From contig OY970150.1 in NCBI GenBank assembly GCA_963706365.1, forward strand, positions 1,005,864 through 1,069,863: DNA of 64,000 bases, written 5' to 3'. Every line of letters begins with the position of its first letter. Position 1 is the first letter of the stretch. The notes beneath the pieces were generated by a model. That model did no database searches and was not told the origin of the DNA. It saw only the letters and a list, made by a program, of their open reading frames with translations. Positions 52,284-60,883 of this stretch are shown one piece after another. A program made the position numbers and the translations under genes. The stretch is from an uncultured Alphaproteobacteria bacterium (lineage in GTDB: Bacteria; Pseudomonadota; Alphaproteobacteria; JAJTHO01; G963706365).

Positions 52284-52320
52284 CCAACTCTGTCATTCCA
52301 AGCGCAGTCGAGGGATCTCT

Positions 52321-53271
52321 ATGATAATTCGGATTGTATTAGCATTACTAGGCCTATATTTCGGTTGGCAATTGTTCCAATGGGGTGTTTTAAACGCCAC
52401 ATGGGCAGGAACACCCAAAGAATGCTTATTAAATGGTGGTGCGTGCTGGGCGTTTATTCAGGAAAAATTCCAGTTTATACTTTTTGGCCGCTACCCTAAC
52501 GATCAGCTATGGCAGCCTGCTTTGGTACAGGTTTTATGGTTGGCCATGCTGATAGCTTCGGCTTTTTGGCTGTTGAAACAACATTATAATCGCCTGTGGC
52601 TTTGGGTGGTGGTTTTGCCTTTTAGTCTCTGGTTACTTGACCTCGATAACTTGGGCGGCCTGCCGTTAACTTTTTTACTAAGTATGCTAGGCATTGCCGG
52701 GGCTTTTCCTTTAGGCGTTCTGCTGGCGCTTGGACGCACCTCAAAACTGCCTTTAGTAAAAACCTTCTGCATTGGTTATATAGAGCTGGTGCGGGGTGTG
52801 CCGCTGATTAGCGTATTATTTATGGCGTCATTTCTGTTCCCGCTTTTCCTGCCACAGGGAATTGAAAGCACCCAATTTTGGCGCGCACAAGTTGCTATTA
52901 TATTATTCGCCGCGGCTTATGTGGCCGAAGCTATTCGTGGTGGTTTGCAATCCCTGCACACCGGCCAATTTGAGGCCGCCGAAGCCTTGGGGTTATCTTA
53001 CCGGCAACGCACACAACTGGTTATTTTGCCGCAAGCCTTGCAACGCGTTATCGCCCCTTTAGTTAATATCTTTATTGGTATTTTCAAAGACACATCTCTG
53101 GTGATGATCATCGGTCTATTTGATTTACTATTAGCCACCAAAACCGCCTTAGCCGATGCCCCCTGGCGCCCTTTTTACGTGGAGGCCTTTATATTTACCG
53201 GCTTAATCTATTTTGTTTTTTGTTACGGCATGTCTCGCTATAGTCAGGTTTTGGAAAAGCGGTATGCCTAA
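52321..53271 (+). CDS. Polar amino-acid ABC transporter permease (AapM/BztC-like)
   Basis: 316 aa with an EAA loop (EAAEALGLSYRQRTQLVILPQALQRVIAPL). No binding-protein or ATPase gene flanks the pair. Confidence 0.75.
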   Translation: MIIRIVLALLGLYFGWQLFQWGVLNATWAGTPKECLLNGGACWAFIQEKFQFILFGRYPNDQLWQPALVQVLWLAMLIASAFWLLKQHYNRLWLWVVVLPFSLWLLDLDNLGGLPLTFLLSMLGIAGAFPLGVLLALGRTSKLPLVKTFCIGYIELVRGVPLISVLFMASFLFPLFLPQGIESTQFWRAQVAIILFAAAYVAEAIRGGLQSLHTGQFEAAEALGLSYRQRTQLVILPQALQRVIAPLVNIFIGIFKDTSLVMIIGLFDLLLATKTALADAPWRPFYVEAFIFTGLIYFVFCYGMSRYSQVLEKRYA

Positions 53272-53327
53272 AATTATCGTATATAGCCAACTGCTTCAAT
53301 AATGAACCATCTCGCCAAATGATATAA

Positions 53328-53965
53328 ACCGTCACTCCAGCGCAGGCTGGAGTCTATGCATCTAAAAGTGTTATGTATACGGCGATTCAGAATATGTTTC
53401 AAACCCCACGGCATGGGTTCCAGCCTTCGCTGGAACGACAGAGCGGTATATGTTAGAACCACACTTTTCAAAATACAATACCGTCACTCCAGCGCAGGCT
53501 GGAGTCTATGCCGCTGGACGTGTTATTTATACGGTAATGCAGAATATGTTTCAAACCCCACGGCGTGGGTTCCAGCTTTCGCTGGAACGACGGAACGGTA
53601 TATTTAGAGCATACTTTTCAAAGCATAAAACCGTCACCCCAGCGCAGGCTGGAGTCTATGCCGCTGGACATGTTATTTATACGGTAATGCAGAATATGTT
53701 TCAAACTCTACGGCATGGGTTCCAGCCTTCGCTGGAACGACGGAACGGTATATTTAGAGCATACTTTTCAAAGCATAAAACCGTCACCCCAGCGCAGGCT
53801 GGAGTCTATGCCGCTGGACATGTTATTTATACGGTAATGCAGAATATGTTTCAAACTCTACGGCATGGGTTCCAGCCTTCGCTGGAACGACAGAGCGGTA
53901 TATGTTAGAACCACACTTTTCAAAATACAATACCGTCACTCCAGCGCAGGCTGGAGTCCATGCCG
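53328..53965. repeat. Tandem array of ~4.3 copies of a ~150-bp unit, each carrying two short hairpins
   Basis: Units start at ~53328, 53479, 53630, 53780 and 53932 and are ~90-95% identical. Each contains ACCGTCACTCCAGCGCAGGCTGGAGTCTATGCC (hairpin ccagc-gcag-gctgg) and GGGTTCCAGCCTTCGCTGGAACGA (hairpin ttccagc-cttc-gctggaa). Related single motifs at 52292..52323 and, inverted, at 53980..54014. Confidence 0.85.
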
Positions 53966-54059
53966 CTAAAATCAAAGCTGCTGAAAATCCTCAGGCACAG
54001 ATTCCACCCTGCGGCGGAATGACCTATTAAATGTGCGCAGCAATCTTTTACTCATAGCG

Positions 54060-54710
54060 CTATAGTTTAACAATCCTACTCAGCTTATCGGCCAATTGGT
54101 AGTTATGCGTGGCCATTAATAAGCTTAGTCCGCGTTCTACTACTATATCGCTTAAAAGCTTAAAAACGGTATCGGCTGTTTCAGGATCTAGGTTGCCGGT
54201 AGGCTCATCGGCAATCAAAACAGCTGGACTGTGAATTAGGGCGCGAGCAATGGCAACGCGTTGTTGTTCACCACCCGAAAGCATCATAGGGCGGTGCGTA
54301 GAGCGATGCGCAACCCCCAATTTTTCTAACAAATTCATCGCCAGTTCTTTGATTGCTTGCTTAGATTGCTTTGCTTTTAGCAATTGCGGCAGCATCACAT
54401 TTTCCAAGGCACTAAAATCAGGTAACAATCGATGCGCTTGATAGACAAAGCCCAAATAATCTGCACGAAATTTGGTGCGTTGTCGCTCGTTACTAGCAGC
54501 ATGGCCAAAAATTTTAACCGTGCCGTTTACAGGATTTTCCAACAGCCCTGCGATGTGCAGCAACGTAGATTTTCCAGCCCCCGATGCCCCAACCAAGGCA
54601 ACGGATTCTCCTTTGTTAATCTTTAAGGAAAAATCATGTAAAACAGTGATGTCTTTACTGCCCTGATGGTAGGTGTGCGTGATATTATCCAGTTGCAATA
54701 CTGCGGTCAT
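54060..54710 (-). CDS. ABC transporter ATP-binding protein, LolD/FtsE-like (standalone NBD)
   Basis: 216 aa. Walker A GASGAGKST, signature LSGGEQQRVAIARAL, Walker B LIADEPTGNLD. Confidence 0.7.
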   Translation of the reverse strand: MTAVLQLDNITHTYHQGSKDITVLHDFSLKINKGESVALVGASGAGKSTLLHIAGLLENPVNGTVKIFGHAASNERQRTKFRADYLGFVYQAHRLLPDFSALENVMLPQLLKAKQSKQAIKELAMNLLEKLGVAHRSTHRPMMLSGGEQQRVAIARALIHSPAVLIADEPTGNLDPETADTVFKLLSDIVVERGLSLLMATHNYQLADKLSRIVKL

Positions 54711-54716
54711 AACCGC

Positions 54717-55805
54717 TTATAGCGATTTCAGGCAGGCTAACACAGCATTATTGTGTTCTGGCAGACTTATACTTAGCCTAATATGGTTAGCAATAGCGGT
54801 GCTGCGATCTCTGGCCTTTATTCCCTTTGATTCCAAAGCATTTAAAGCCAAACGAGCATCATGCATTTGCATAAATAGAAAATTGCTGTCTGAGGGATAA
54901 ATAGTTTTAACAGCAGGCATGTTCTGTAATGCTTTTTCCATGCGCTGTCTTTCTGAAACAATATGAGCTATGCGCTGTCTATTTTCCACTAGCCCGCCAG
55001 GAGAAAGCGCTTTGGTTGCCATATTAGCAGCCGTTAACGATAAAGGATAAGGCGGTAAAACGCGGCGACATAAATTAATAATATCCGGGTGCGCAATCAT
55101 ACCGCCAATACGTTCCCCTGCCAGGGAATAGGCTTTGGATAATGTTCTAAGTAAAACAATATTTTCGTATTTTTTTATTAACGCCAATTGTTTATTGCGA
55201 CGGTCTTCTTCACTGAATTCTATGTAGGCTTCATCGATCACAATAATATGCTGGCTGGCTTGTTGGGCAATGACCTTAATGTCATCAATCTTTAATAAAT
55301 TACCAGTTGGGTTACCAGGCGAGCATAGAAAAAGTAACTTTACGGCTGGTAATTTTTCAATAATATCGGGGGTATTTAGTTGAAAATTATTTTCTGTTAA
55401 AGAGACATCAACAGTGCTGCAATTCTGGATTGCTGCCGCCACTTGATACATGCCAAAAGTAGGCGAACATTGCAGAATTTTATCTATTCCCGGCTCGCAA
55501 AAAACCCGAATAAGTAAATCAATGGCCTCATCGGCTCCACGGGTAATTAATAATTGTTCCGTATCAACATCGTAGGCTGCGCTCATCGCTGTTACCAATC
55601 CTGGGGGCTGTTGGTCTGCATAACGGCGAGACATCGCTTGCTCAAACCCATAGGGCGGCCAGGGGTTTTCGTTGGCATCCAGCCAAATAGTAATGTTCTG
55701 ATTTTTGTTTTCAGATCGCGCTGAACTGTAAGGCTTTAAAGCCAGTATGTTAGGGCGCGCTAGTTTTTCTATCATGTTTATAGTCCTGGAAATTTCCCGC
55801 CCCAA
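54717..55805 (-). CDS. hisC: Histidinol-phosphate aminotransferase-like class I/II aminotransferase
   Basis: 362 aa. N-terminal PYSSARSE...IWLDANENPW substrate-binding signature and a PLP-lysine region (LRTLSKAYSLAGERIG). Confidence 0.75.
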   Translation of the reverse strand: MGREISRTINMIEKLARPNILALKPYSSARSENKNQNITIWLDANENPWPPYGFEQAMSRRYADQQPPGLVTAMSAAYDVDTEQLLITRGADEAIDLLIRVFCEPGIDKILQCSPTFGMYQVAAAIQNCSTVDVSLTENNFQLNTPDIIEKLPAVKLLFLCSPGNPTGNLLKIDDIKVIAQQASQHIIVIDEAYIEFSEEDRRNKQLALIKKYENIVLLRTLSKAYSLAGERIGGMIAHPDIINLCRRVLPPYPLSLTAANMATKALSPGGLVENRQRIAHIVSERQRMEKALQNMPAVKTIYPSDSNFLFMQMHDARLALNALESKGIKARDRSTAIANHIRLSISLPEHNNAVLACLKSL

Positions 55806-56620
55806 ATAGAGCTTGCTGATCTGGATTCGGCTGGCTTATCCAGATTCATTGTCGCCTGCGTTACCAAAGGCAATAGTGCTTTATGCACCGCCGGCTTTGC
55901 CGTAAAAATCCGGTATTCCTGGTTTAGATGTTCTCGGGAAAAATCCAAAGCGTTGCCTCTTTCATCGGTAATAACCATCCCAGCCTGTTCTAGTGGGGCA
56001 ATGAGCGGCACAATATCATAAAAAGCCAAATCTCCTTCCCATACAGCTTCAACATTTCCTAGCATAAGATCAACATATCCTAAACAATTGAGATTGGTTA
56101 TAATCTTATGCTGTTCTTTAACGTGTTGAAATGCTTTTTGCTGGCTAGCGGTTTTAAACATCACATCAGGCACTGTAGTTGCTATTTTATAAGGGGCAGT
56201 AGCTGATATAATATTGGTTTCTGTGCCGCTATAGGTTTTATTATTTAACAAATCATGTACACAACCCAGCACTGGCAAATCCTGGTACAAAAGCCCGACC
56301 ATTATACCAAAGCCACCTGCCCCGCCCTTGGCCACCTGCTGCATTGCTGAGCTACCATCAATGGGATCAATCACCCAGCAATAGTCTGCCTGTATATTAT
56401 AAATACCGCTTTCCTCACCAATAATGCCATGCTCCGGGTAATGCTGTTTAAGATGTTTTACCATCGCTAGTTCGGCTTGCCTCTCTCCTTTGGAGACTAG
56501 TTCGCCATTCTGTTTCGTTTGCATTGCGTCTGGCTGTTTTTTCAATTGCTCCCAGTTTTTTAATAAAATGGGGCGGGCAATGCTAATTAAAGCGTCAGCG
56601 GTGCGTTGAAAATCTAGCAT
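55778..56620 (-). CDS. Inositol monophosphatase-family phosphatase (possibly histidinol-phosphatase HisN, given its position next to hisC)
   Basis: IMPase motifs EESG...WVIDPIDGS and the downstream metal-binding Asp. The likely start is the internal Met at 56620. The 3' end overlaps hisC by 28 nt. Confidence 0.6.
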   Translation of the reverse strand: MLDFQRTADALISIARPILLKNWEQLKKQPDAMQTKQNGELVSKGERQAELAMVKHLKQHYPEHGIIGEESGIYNIQADYCWVIDPIDGSSAMQQVAKGGAGGFGIMVGLLYQDLPVLGCVHDLLNNKTYSGTETNIISATAPYKIATTVPDVMFKTASQQKAFQHVKEQHKIITNLNCLGYVDLMLGNVEAVWEGDLAFYDIVPLIAPLEQAGMVITDERGNALDFSREHLNQEYRIFTAKPAVHKALLPLVTQATMNLDKPAESRSASSIWGGKFPGL

Positions 56621-56659
56621 ATCATTGAATATATGCAGAAATTCCTTAATTAAAAAGAC

Positions 56660-57541
56660 ATGATCCAAGTTTGTATTAATCCGTATCGTACTGTTATTGC
56701 CGTAAACGGCATTGGCGGTGCCAAATTCTTGCAAGGGTTAATGACCAACGACATTTATTTACTCGATCATCAACCCTGCATTTATGCCTGCTTCCTGACG
56801 GCACAGGGGAAATTTCTGCATGATTTTCATATTTTCAAACAAGGGAACAGTTATTTTTTAACGCCGGAGAAAAAACGCGCGGCTGATTTGGTCAAGCGCC
56901 TAAAAATGTATAAGCTAAGAGCCGCTGTTGATATTCAAAATATTGACTATTTGAATGTTTTTCATTTTCTACAAGGTGATCCGTCTAACCTTTTACCGCC
57001 AGATAGCTTGCTCTCTGCTGATCCACGTCATGAAGATTTAGGATACCTGGCCTTATTAAGTGAAAACGCCGTCGAAAATTTAAAAAGCCGTCAGGATGGT
57101 ATGGGCGCAGCTGTTGACAGCCATTTAAAAGAACAGCAATTAGAGGAAATAGCCTTTGATTTGTGGGACACACAACGCATTCAAGCCAAGGTGCCTGATG
57201 GCAGCCGTGATATGATGCCCGAAAAAGCTATCTTATTGGAATATGGGCTGGATAATTTGAACGCTATTTCTTATGAAAAAGGTTGTTATTTGGGGCAAGA
57301 ACTAACCGCCAGAACCCATTATCGCGGTATTGTTCGCAAAGGTTTGGAAATTGTAACAGGTGATAATTTACCGGAAACAGGCATACCGCTTTTTAATAAA
57401 GAAAATGAAAAATCTGTTGCTACAATGGCATCCTCCTGTAAGGAAATTGGATTAGTACTGATAAAACAGGAAGAAAATACAAATAAATTTCCGTTATTTA
57501 CAGAAAACCGTGAGGAAGAAATTAATCTTTTACACAAATAA
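56660..57541 (+). CDS. ygfZ: YgfZ/CAF17-family folate-binding Fe-S cluster repair protein
   Basis: 293 aa. GcvT-like fold with the diagnostic KGCYLGQE motif (SYEKGCYLGQELTARTHYRG). Confidence 0.75.
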   Translation: MIQVCINPYRTVIAVNGIGGAKFLQGLMTNDIYLLDHQPCIYACFLTAQGKFLHDFHIFKQGNSYFLTPEKKRAADLVKRLKMYKLRAAVDIQNIDYLNVFHFLQGDPSNLLPPDSLLSADPRHEDLGYLALLSENAVENLKSRQDGMGAAVDSHLKEQQLEEIAFDLWDTQRIQAKVPDGSRDMMPEKAILLEYGLDNLNAISYEKGCYLGQELTARTHYRGIVRKGLEIVTGDNLPETGIPLFNKENEKSVATMASSCKEIGLVLIKQEENTNKFPLFTENREEEINLLHK

Positions 57542-57545
57542 AATA

Positions 57546-57623
57546 TGGGGCGAGTGACGGGATTTGAACCCGCGGCCCTCAATACCACAAACTGATGCTC
57601 TAACCTACTGAGCTACACCCGCC
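57546..57623 (-). tRNA. tRNA-His (anticodon GUG) with genome-encoded G-1
   Basis: Reverse complement GGCGGGTGTAGCTCAGTAGGTTAGAGCATCAGTTTGTGGTATTGAGGGCCGCGGGTTCAAATCCCGTCACTCGCCCCA. The 8-bp acceptor includes G-1:C73. Anticodon loop TTGTGGT, encoded CCA. Confidence 0.85.
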
Positions 57624-57793
57624 ATAAATTAATGAAGAGGTTATAAAGGCAATTCTTGTAATGGTCAAATACTCTGTTTATTTTAAGATAGATAACCTGG
57701 TTGCCAATAATACTTTTCCCTGCTAGAACGCCGAATAGCGTTTCCGGTGCGAACCAGAGCGTAAAATTGTTGTACGCATGTGAAAAGGCTTAT

Positions 57794-57869
57794 AGGAGTA
57801 TAGCTCAATTGGTAGAGCACTGGTCTCCAAAACCAGGGGCTGTGGGTTCGAGTCCCTCTACTCCTGCCA
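57794..57869 (+). tRNA. tRNA-Trp (anticodon CCA)
   Basis: AGGAGTA/TACTCCT acceptor, D-loop AATTGGTA, anticodon loop CTCCAAA, T-loop TTCGAGT, encoded CCA. In the conserved position upstream of secE-nusG. Confidence 0.9.
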
Positions 57870-57899
57870 TTTATGGCGTATGATAAAAGGAAAGTTACT

Positions 57900-58208
57900 A
57901 TGGCAACGGATATTAAAAACAAAAGCAAACGAGCAAAACATTCAGCAGCGCCCAAAAGTGCCAAGCGAAAAGGAACGCAAGACGCCCATGCACCGTATGC
58001 CGAAGATGATACTATTGCCAAAGCCCCCAATGTTTCACCCGCGCAGTATATTCGCAATGTAAAAGGTGAAATGGCCAAAGTTATTTGGCCAACCCGCAAA
58101 GAAACGATTCAAAGCACGATTATGGTTATTATCATGGTTGTCTTTGTTTCTTTATTCCTGTTTAGCATTGATACATTTTTTGCCTGGGCAGTGGAAAAAA
58201 TTATATAA
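57900..58208 (+). CDS. secE: Preprotein translocase subunit SecE
   Basis: C-terminal TM and signature (IRNVKGEMAKVIWPTRKETIQSTIMVIIMVVFVSLFLF). The ATG at 57900 has an AAAGG RBS; the ORF track starts 27 nt upstream at 57873. Confidence 0.8.
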   Translation: MATDIKNKSKRAKHSAAPKSAKRKGTQDAHAPYAEDDTIAKAPNVSPAQYIRNVKGEMAKVIWPTRKETIQSTIMVIIMVVFVSLFLFSIDTFFAWAVEKII

Positions 58209-58221
58209 TTAAGGTTTTATC

Positions 58222-58794
58222 ATGAGTGTTATAGCAAAAGAAAATACAGATTCAGAACTACGCAAACGCTGGTACGTTATTCACGTTTATGCCACGTTTG
58301 AAGACAAAATTGCGGCCAATATTATGGAGCAAGCAGAGGAACATAACCTACAAGATTTATTCGGGGAAGTCGTTATCCCCTCCGAAACTGTAACAGAAGT
58401 GCGTCGCGGCCAAAAAGTTGATGTCGATAAGAAATTTTTTCCTGGCTATATTTTGATCCAGATGGCCATGACAGATCAAACCTGGCATTTGGTTAAAAAC
58501 ACTAACCGTGTTACCGGCTTTTTAGGCGGTAGCGGCAAAGGTAAGCCCGTGCCACTTTCCAATGCCGAAGCAAAACGCTTCCGCGCACAACTGGAAGAAG
58601 GCTTCACCGAAACACGCAGCGGCGTTATGTATGAAGTGGGTGAAACAGTGAACGTTATTGATGGCCCATTCGAAGGCTTTAACGGTGTGGTAGAAGAAGT
58701 GGAAGAAGCCCACAACAAACTTAAGGTTTCAGTTTCTATTTTTGGCCGTGCCACACCAGTTGAATTGAGCTTTCAGCAGGTTGAAAAAGGTTAA
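58222..58794 (+). CDS. nusG: Transcription termination/antitermination factor NusG
   Basis: 190 aa. NGN domain ([16 protein letters not shown]) and KOW domain ([21 protein letters not shown]). Confidence 0.9.
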   Translation: MSVIAKENTDSELRKRWYVIHVYATFEDKIAANIMEQAEEHNLQDLFGEVVIPSETVTEVRRGQKVDVDKKFFPGYILIQMAMTDQTWHLVKNTNRVTGFLGGSGKGKPVPLSNAEAKRFRAQLEEGFTETRSGVMYEVGETVNVIDGPFEGFNGVVEEVEEAHNKLKVSVSIFGRATPVELSFQQVEKG

Positions 58795-59019
58795 TCTCAA
58801 GAGCTTGCGCGGCAACCCACGCATAAGTTGGAAGCACTATATTTTCTGAGAAAATTTTTTTCGAGAAAGGGCGGAATAACGAACTATTTTGTATCTTTTT
58901 CAAAGGGATTTGCAGCGAAAAAGGCGAAATTCTACTTGTGCGTGGTTTTTGGGTAAGCTCTAAGGTGCGTAAAGTTCATATTAAAGATGGAACCATGTTC
59001 ATCAAAACTGGTTGAGTAA

Positions 59020-59148
59020 TATAGTGCTTCCAAAATAAATCCGTGTGGAGGCGAGAGCAAGTAAAATTGAGCGCAGTATATTCTTCATACATACGCGAAA
59101 TTTTGTGCCGCTCGCAGCCCCTCACGGTTTTATTTTGGAAGCACTATA
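59020..59148. repeat. ~128-bp palindromic MITE/RPE-like element, copy 3 (plus a solo terminal fragment at 58829..58848)
   Basis: TATAGTGCTTCCAAAATAAATCCGTGTGGAGGCGAGAGCAAG...CTCACGGTTTTATTTTGGAAGCACTATA. The solo fragment is GTTGGAAGCACTATATTTTC at 58829. Confidence 0.8.
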
Positions 59149-59298
59149 TTTCTGCTAGCCCCCAAGTAAACCCCTTTTCCTCGTTAAAAACATAAAGAAA
59201 ATCAACCAAACCGATAAAAAAGATAAATTTTTATTGTTTTTAAATATAAATCAGGTATTATTGTGATGTAGCGCACAATTATAATCTGATATTATTAT

Positions 59299-60849
59299 AT
59301 GTATATTTTAAACCGTACTTTTCTTTTCGCCCTTCCCATTATTTTCCTAACGGCTTGTGGGGATGACGCCCCACCTGAGCAAAAAAAGGCTGATAATGCC
59401 GATGTTGACCGGGAGCTGATTGATTTAATCAATCGCACCCAGCCGCCTGAAATTAAGGAGGCTAATTTAATAGCAACACCCGCAACGCTTTCTTTTTCAA
59501 CTATTCGGGTTGGCGACGAATTAAATCTTCCTATTGTTTTAACAAACGATGGGGACAAGCCTTTGACCATTGAAGATGTGCGCCTGGCCAGTGAAGAAGA
59601 TGTTTTCAGCTTGGAAAATCAATGTCGCCCAGGGCAAGTATTGGAAGAAGGCAAGAAAATCTGTCGTATTAATGTAACTTTTGTTCCCGGCCAGCCTAGA
59701 CAATATAAAACAACTGTTATTATTACCCACACAGCACCGGAAAGCCCGATGCTGATAGAATTAATGGGTAATGGTGAAGAGCCGCCCGCACCAGAACAGC
59801 AAGTTTATATTCCACCCGCAGCCCCTGCCCCGCCATCACCGTTATGGTTAAACTCTCAACGTTTGCAACAGCAACGGGGTACTGGAACTTTAAAAGTATT
59901 ACAAACCGGTGTTGACTTAGGCGACGTACCCTATACATCCACCAGCCCAGGTTATGGAGAACTTGGTTTTCCAGCCACCGAATCAACGTTGCCTGTTAAC
60001 CGCACACGCATGATAACGATGGATCGCTATATTCCTGCCGTGTTGGAAAGCACTATTAACTCTCAGTTAAGTGGCGGACGTGCCGTAGGCGTTATTGAAA
60101 CGAATGTTTACAGTGCAGAAGGCCGTAATATTCTGATTCCGGCTGGCTCACGGATGACAGGCACCTATCAATCTCTAACCCAGCAGGGTAACACCCGTTT
60201 AGGTGTTGTATGGTCTCGTCTTATTCGCCCAGATGGTGTTGGCATTAACCTATTAAACGCCCCTTCCATGGATGTTATGGGGCGGATGGGTTTAATTGGC
60301 CAGTTGGATAACCGCTACTTTGACCGGTTTGCCTTGCCATTGCTCATTAGTACATTGGGTATCGCAGCCAACTACGCCGCCAGTGATGGCACCGTTGTAA
60401 CGCGTGGCTTTGGTGATTTAGGCAGCGATATTTTCAGCACGGTTCGTGTGGAAGAAATTAGTAGAGAAGAATTCGCCGCCCGACAATTTGCCGATGAACT
60501 GTTAAAAATCTCTGCCCAGCTTATTAAGGAAAATATTGATATTCGCCCGGTTATTACGGTGCCTGCCGGTACACGCTTTAATGTGATTCCGACGCAAGAT
60601 ATTATTTTGAGAAAACCAACACAAATGGTAGGATTGGCTAACCAGAATAATCTTGCAGCGCGTGCTTCTGAACTGATTCGAACCATTCAACGAGGTGAAA
60701 ACAGTGAAACCGCCGTACGTTTAGCAGAAATTTTAGGAAGTGTTGCCGAAGCCGGCGCACAAAACGAGCAAAACGCTTTAAGTGGCCCTTATTCTTCACC
60801 AGCTTTAGGCGCAGGCGCACAAAATTTTGGCCCCCCTGCACTACAGTAA
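59299..60849 (+). CDS. virB10: VirB10/TrbI-family T4SS protein with atypical N-terminus: lipoprotein signal plus Ig-like (ASH/choice-of-anchor-D-like) domain plus Pro-rich linker
   Basis: 516 aa. Signal peptide ending in lipobox LTAC. Residues ~60-150 match the ASH-type Ig pattern (LSFSTIRVGDELNLPIVLTNDGDKPLTIEDV...CRPGQVLEEGKKICRINVTFVPGQPRQYKTTV). Pro-rich segment PPAPEQQVYIPPAAPAPPSP. The C-terminal ~250 aa match the VirB10/TrbI domain (GRAVGVIETNVYSAEGRNILIPAGSRMTGTY...VVWSRLIRPDGVGINL). Confidence 0.7.
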   Translation: MYILNRTFLFALPIIFLTACGDDAPPEQKKADNADVDRELIDLINRTQPPEIKEANLIATPATLSFSTIRVGDELNLPIVLTNDGDKPLTIEDVRLASEEDVFSLENQCRPGQVLEEGKKICRINVTFVPGQPRQYKTTVIITHTAPESPMLIELMGNGEEPPAPEQQVYIPPAAPAPPSPLWLNSQRLQQQRGTGTLKVLQTGVDLGDVPYTSTSPGYGELGFPATESTLPVNRTRMITMDRYIPAVLESTINSQLSGGRAVGVIETNVYSAEGRNILIPAGSRMTGTYQSLTQQGNTRLGVVWSRLIRPDGVGINLLNAPSMDVMGRMGLIGQLDNRYFDRFALPLLISTLGIAANYAASDGTVVTRGFGDLGSDIFSTVRVEEISREEFAARQFADELLKISAQLIKENIDIRPVITVPAGTRFNVIPTQDIILRKPTQMVGLANQNNLAARASELIRTIQRGENSETAVRLAEILGSVAEAGAQNEQNALSGPYSSPALGAGAQNFGPPALQ

Positions 60850-60883
60850 TTGTAGTGCTATATAACAAAGGAAATAGATAAAA

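Noticed and set aside
53450-53908. 152-aa ORF (and overlapping 83-aa and 65-aa ORFs) inside the 150-bp tandem array
   Set aside because: It is a translation of tandem hairpin repeats with no start-codon/RBS context and no recognisable protein features. It is kept only as a caveat because the period is exactly 50 codons.
53328-54014. Possible CRISPR array
   Set aside because: Units are contiguous, ~150 bp and ~90-95% identical over their whole length. There are no short conserved repeats alternating with unique spacers, and no cas genes.
59299-60849. Interpreting the 516-aa protein as a VirB9-VirB10 fusion
   Set aside because: The N-terminal extra domain shows the two-Cys Ig/ASH pattern rather than VirB9 motifs. 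The total length is too short for both proteins.
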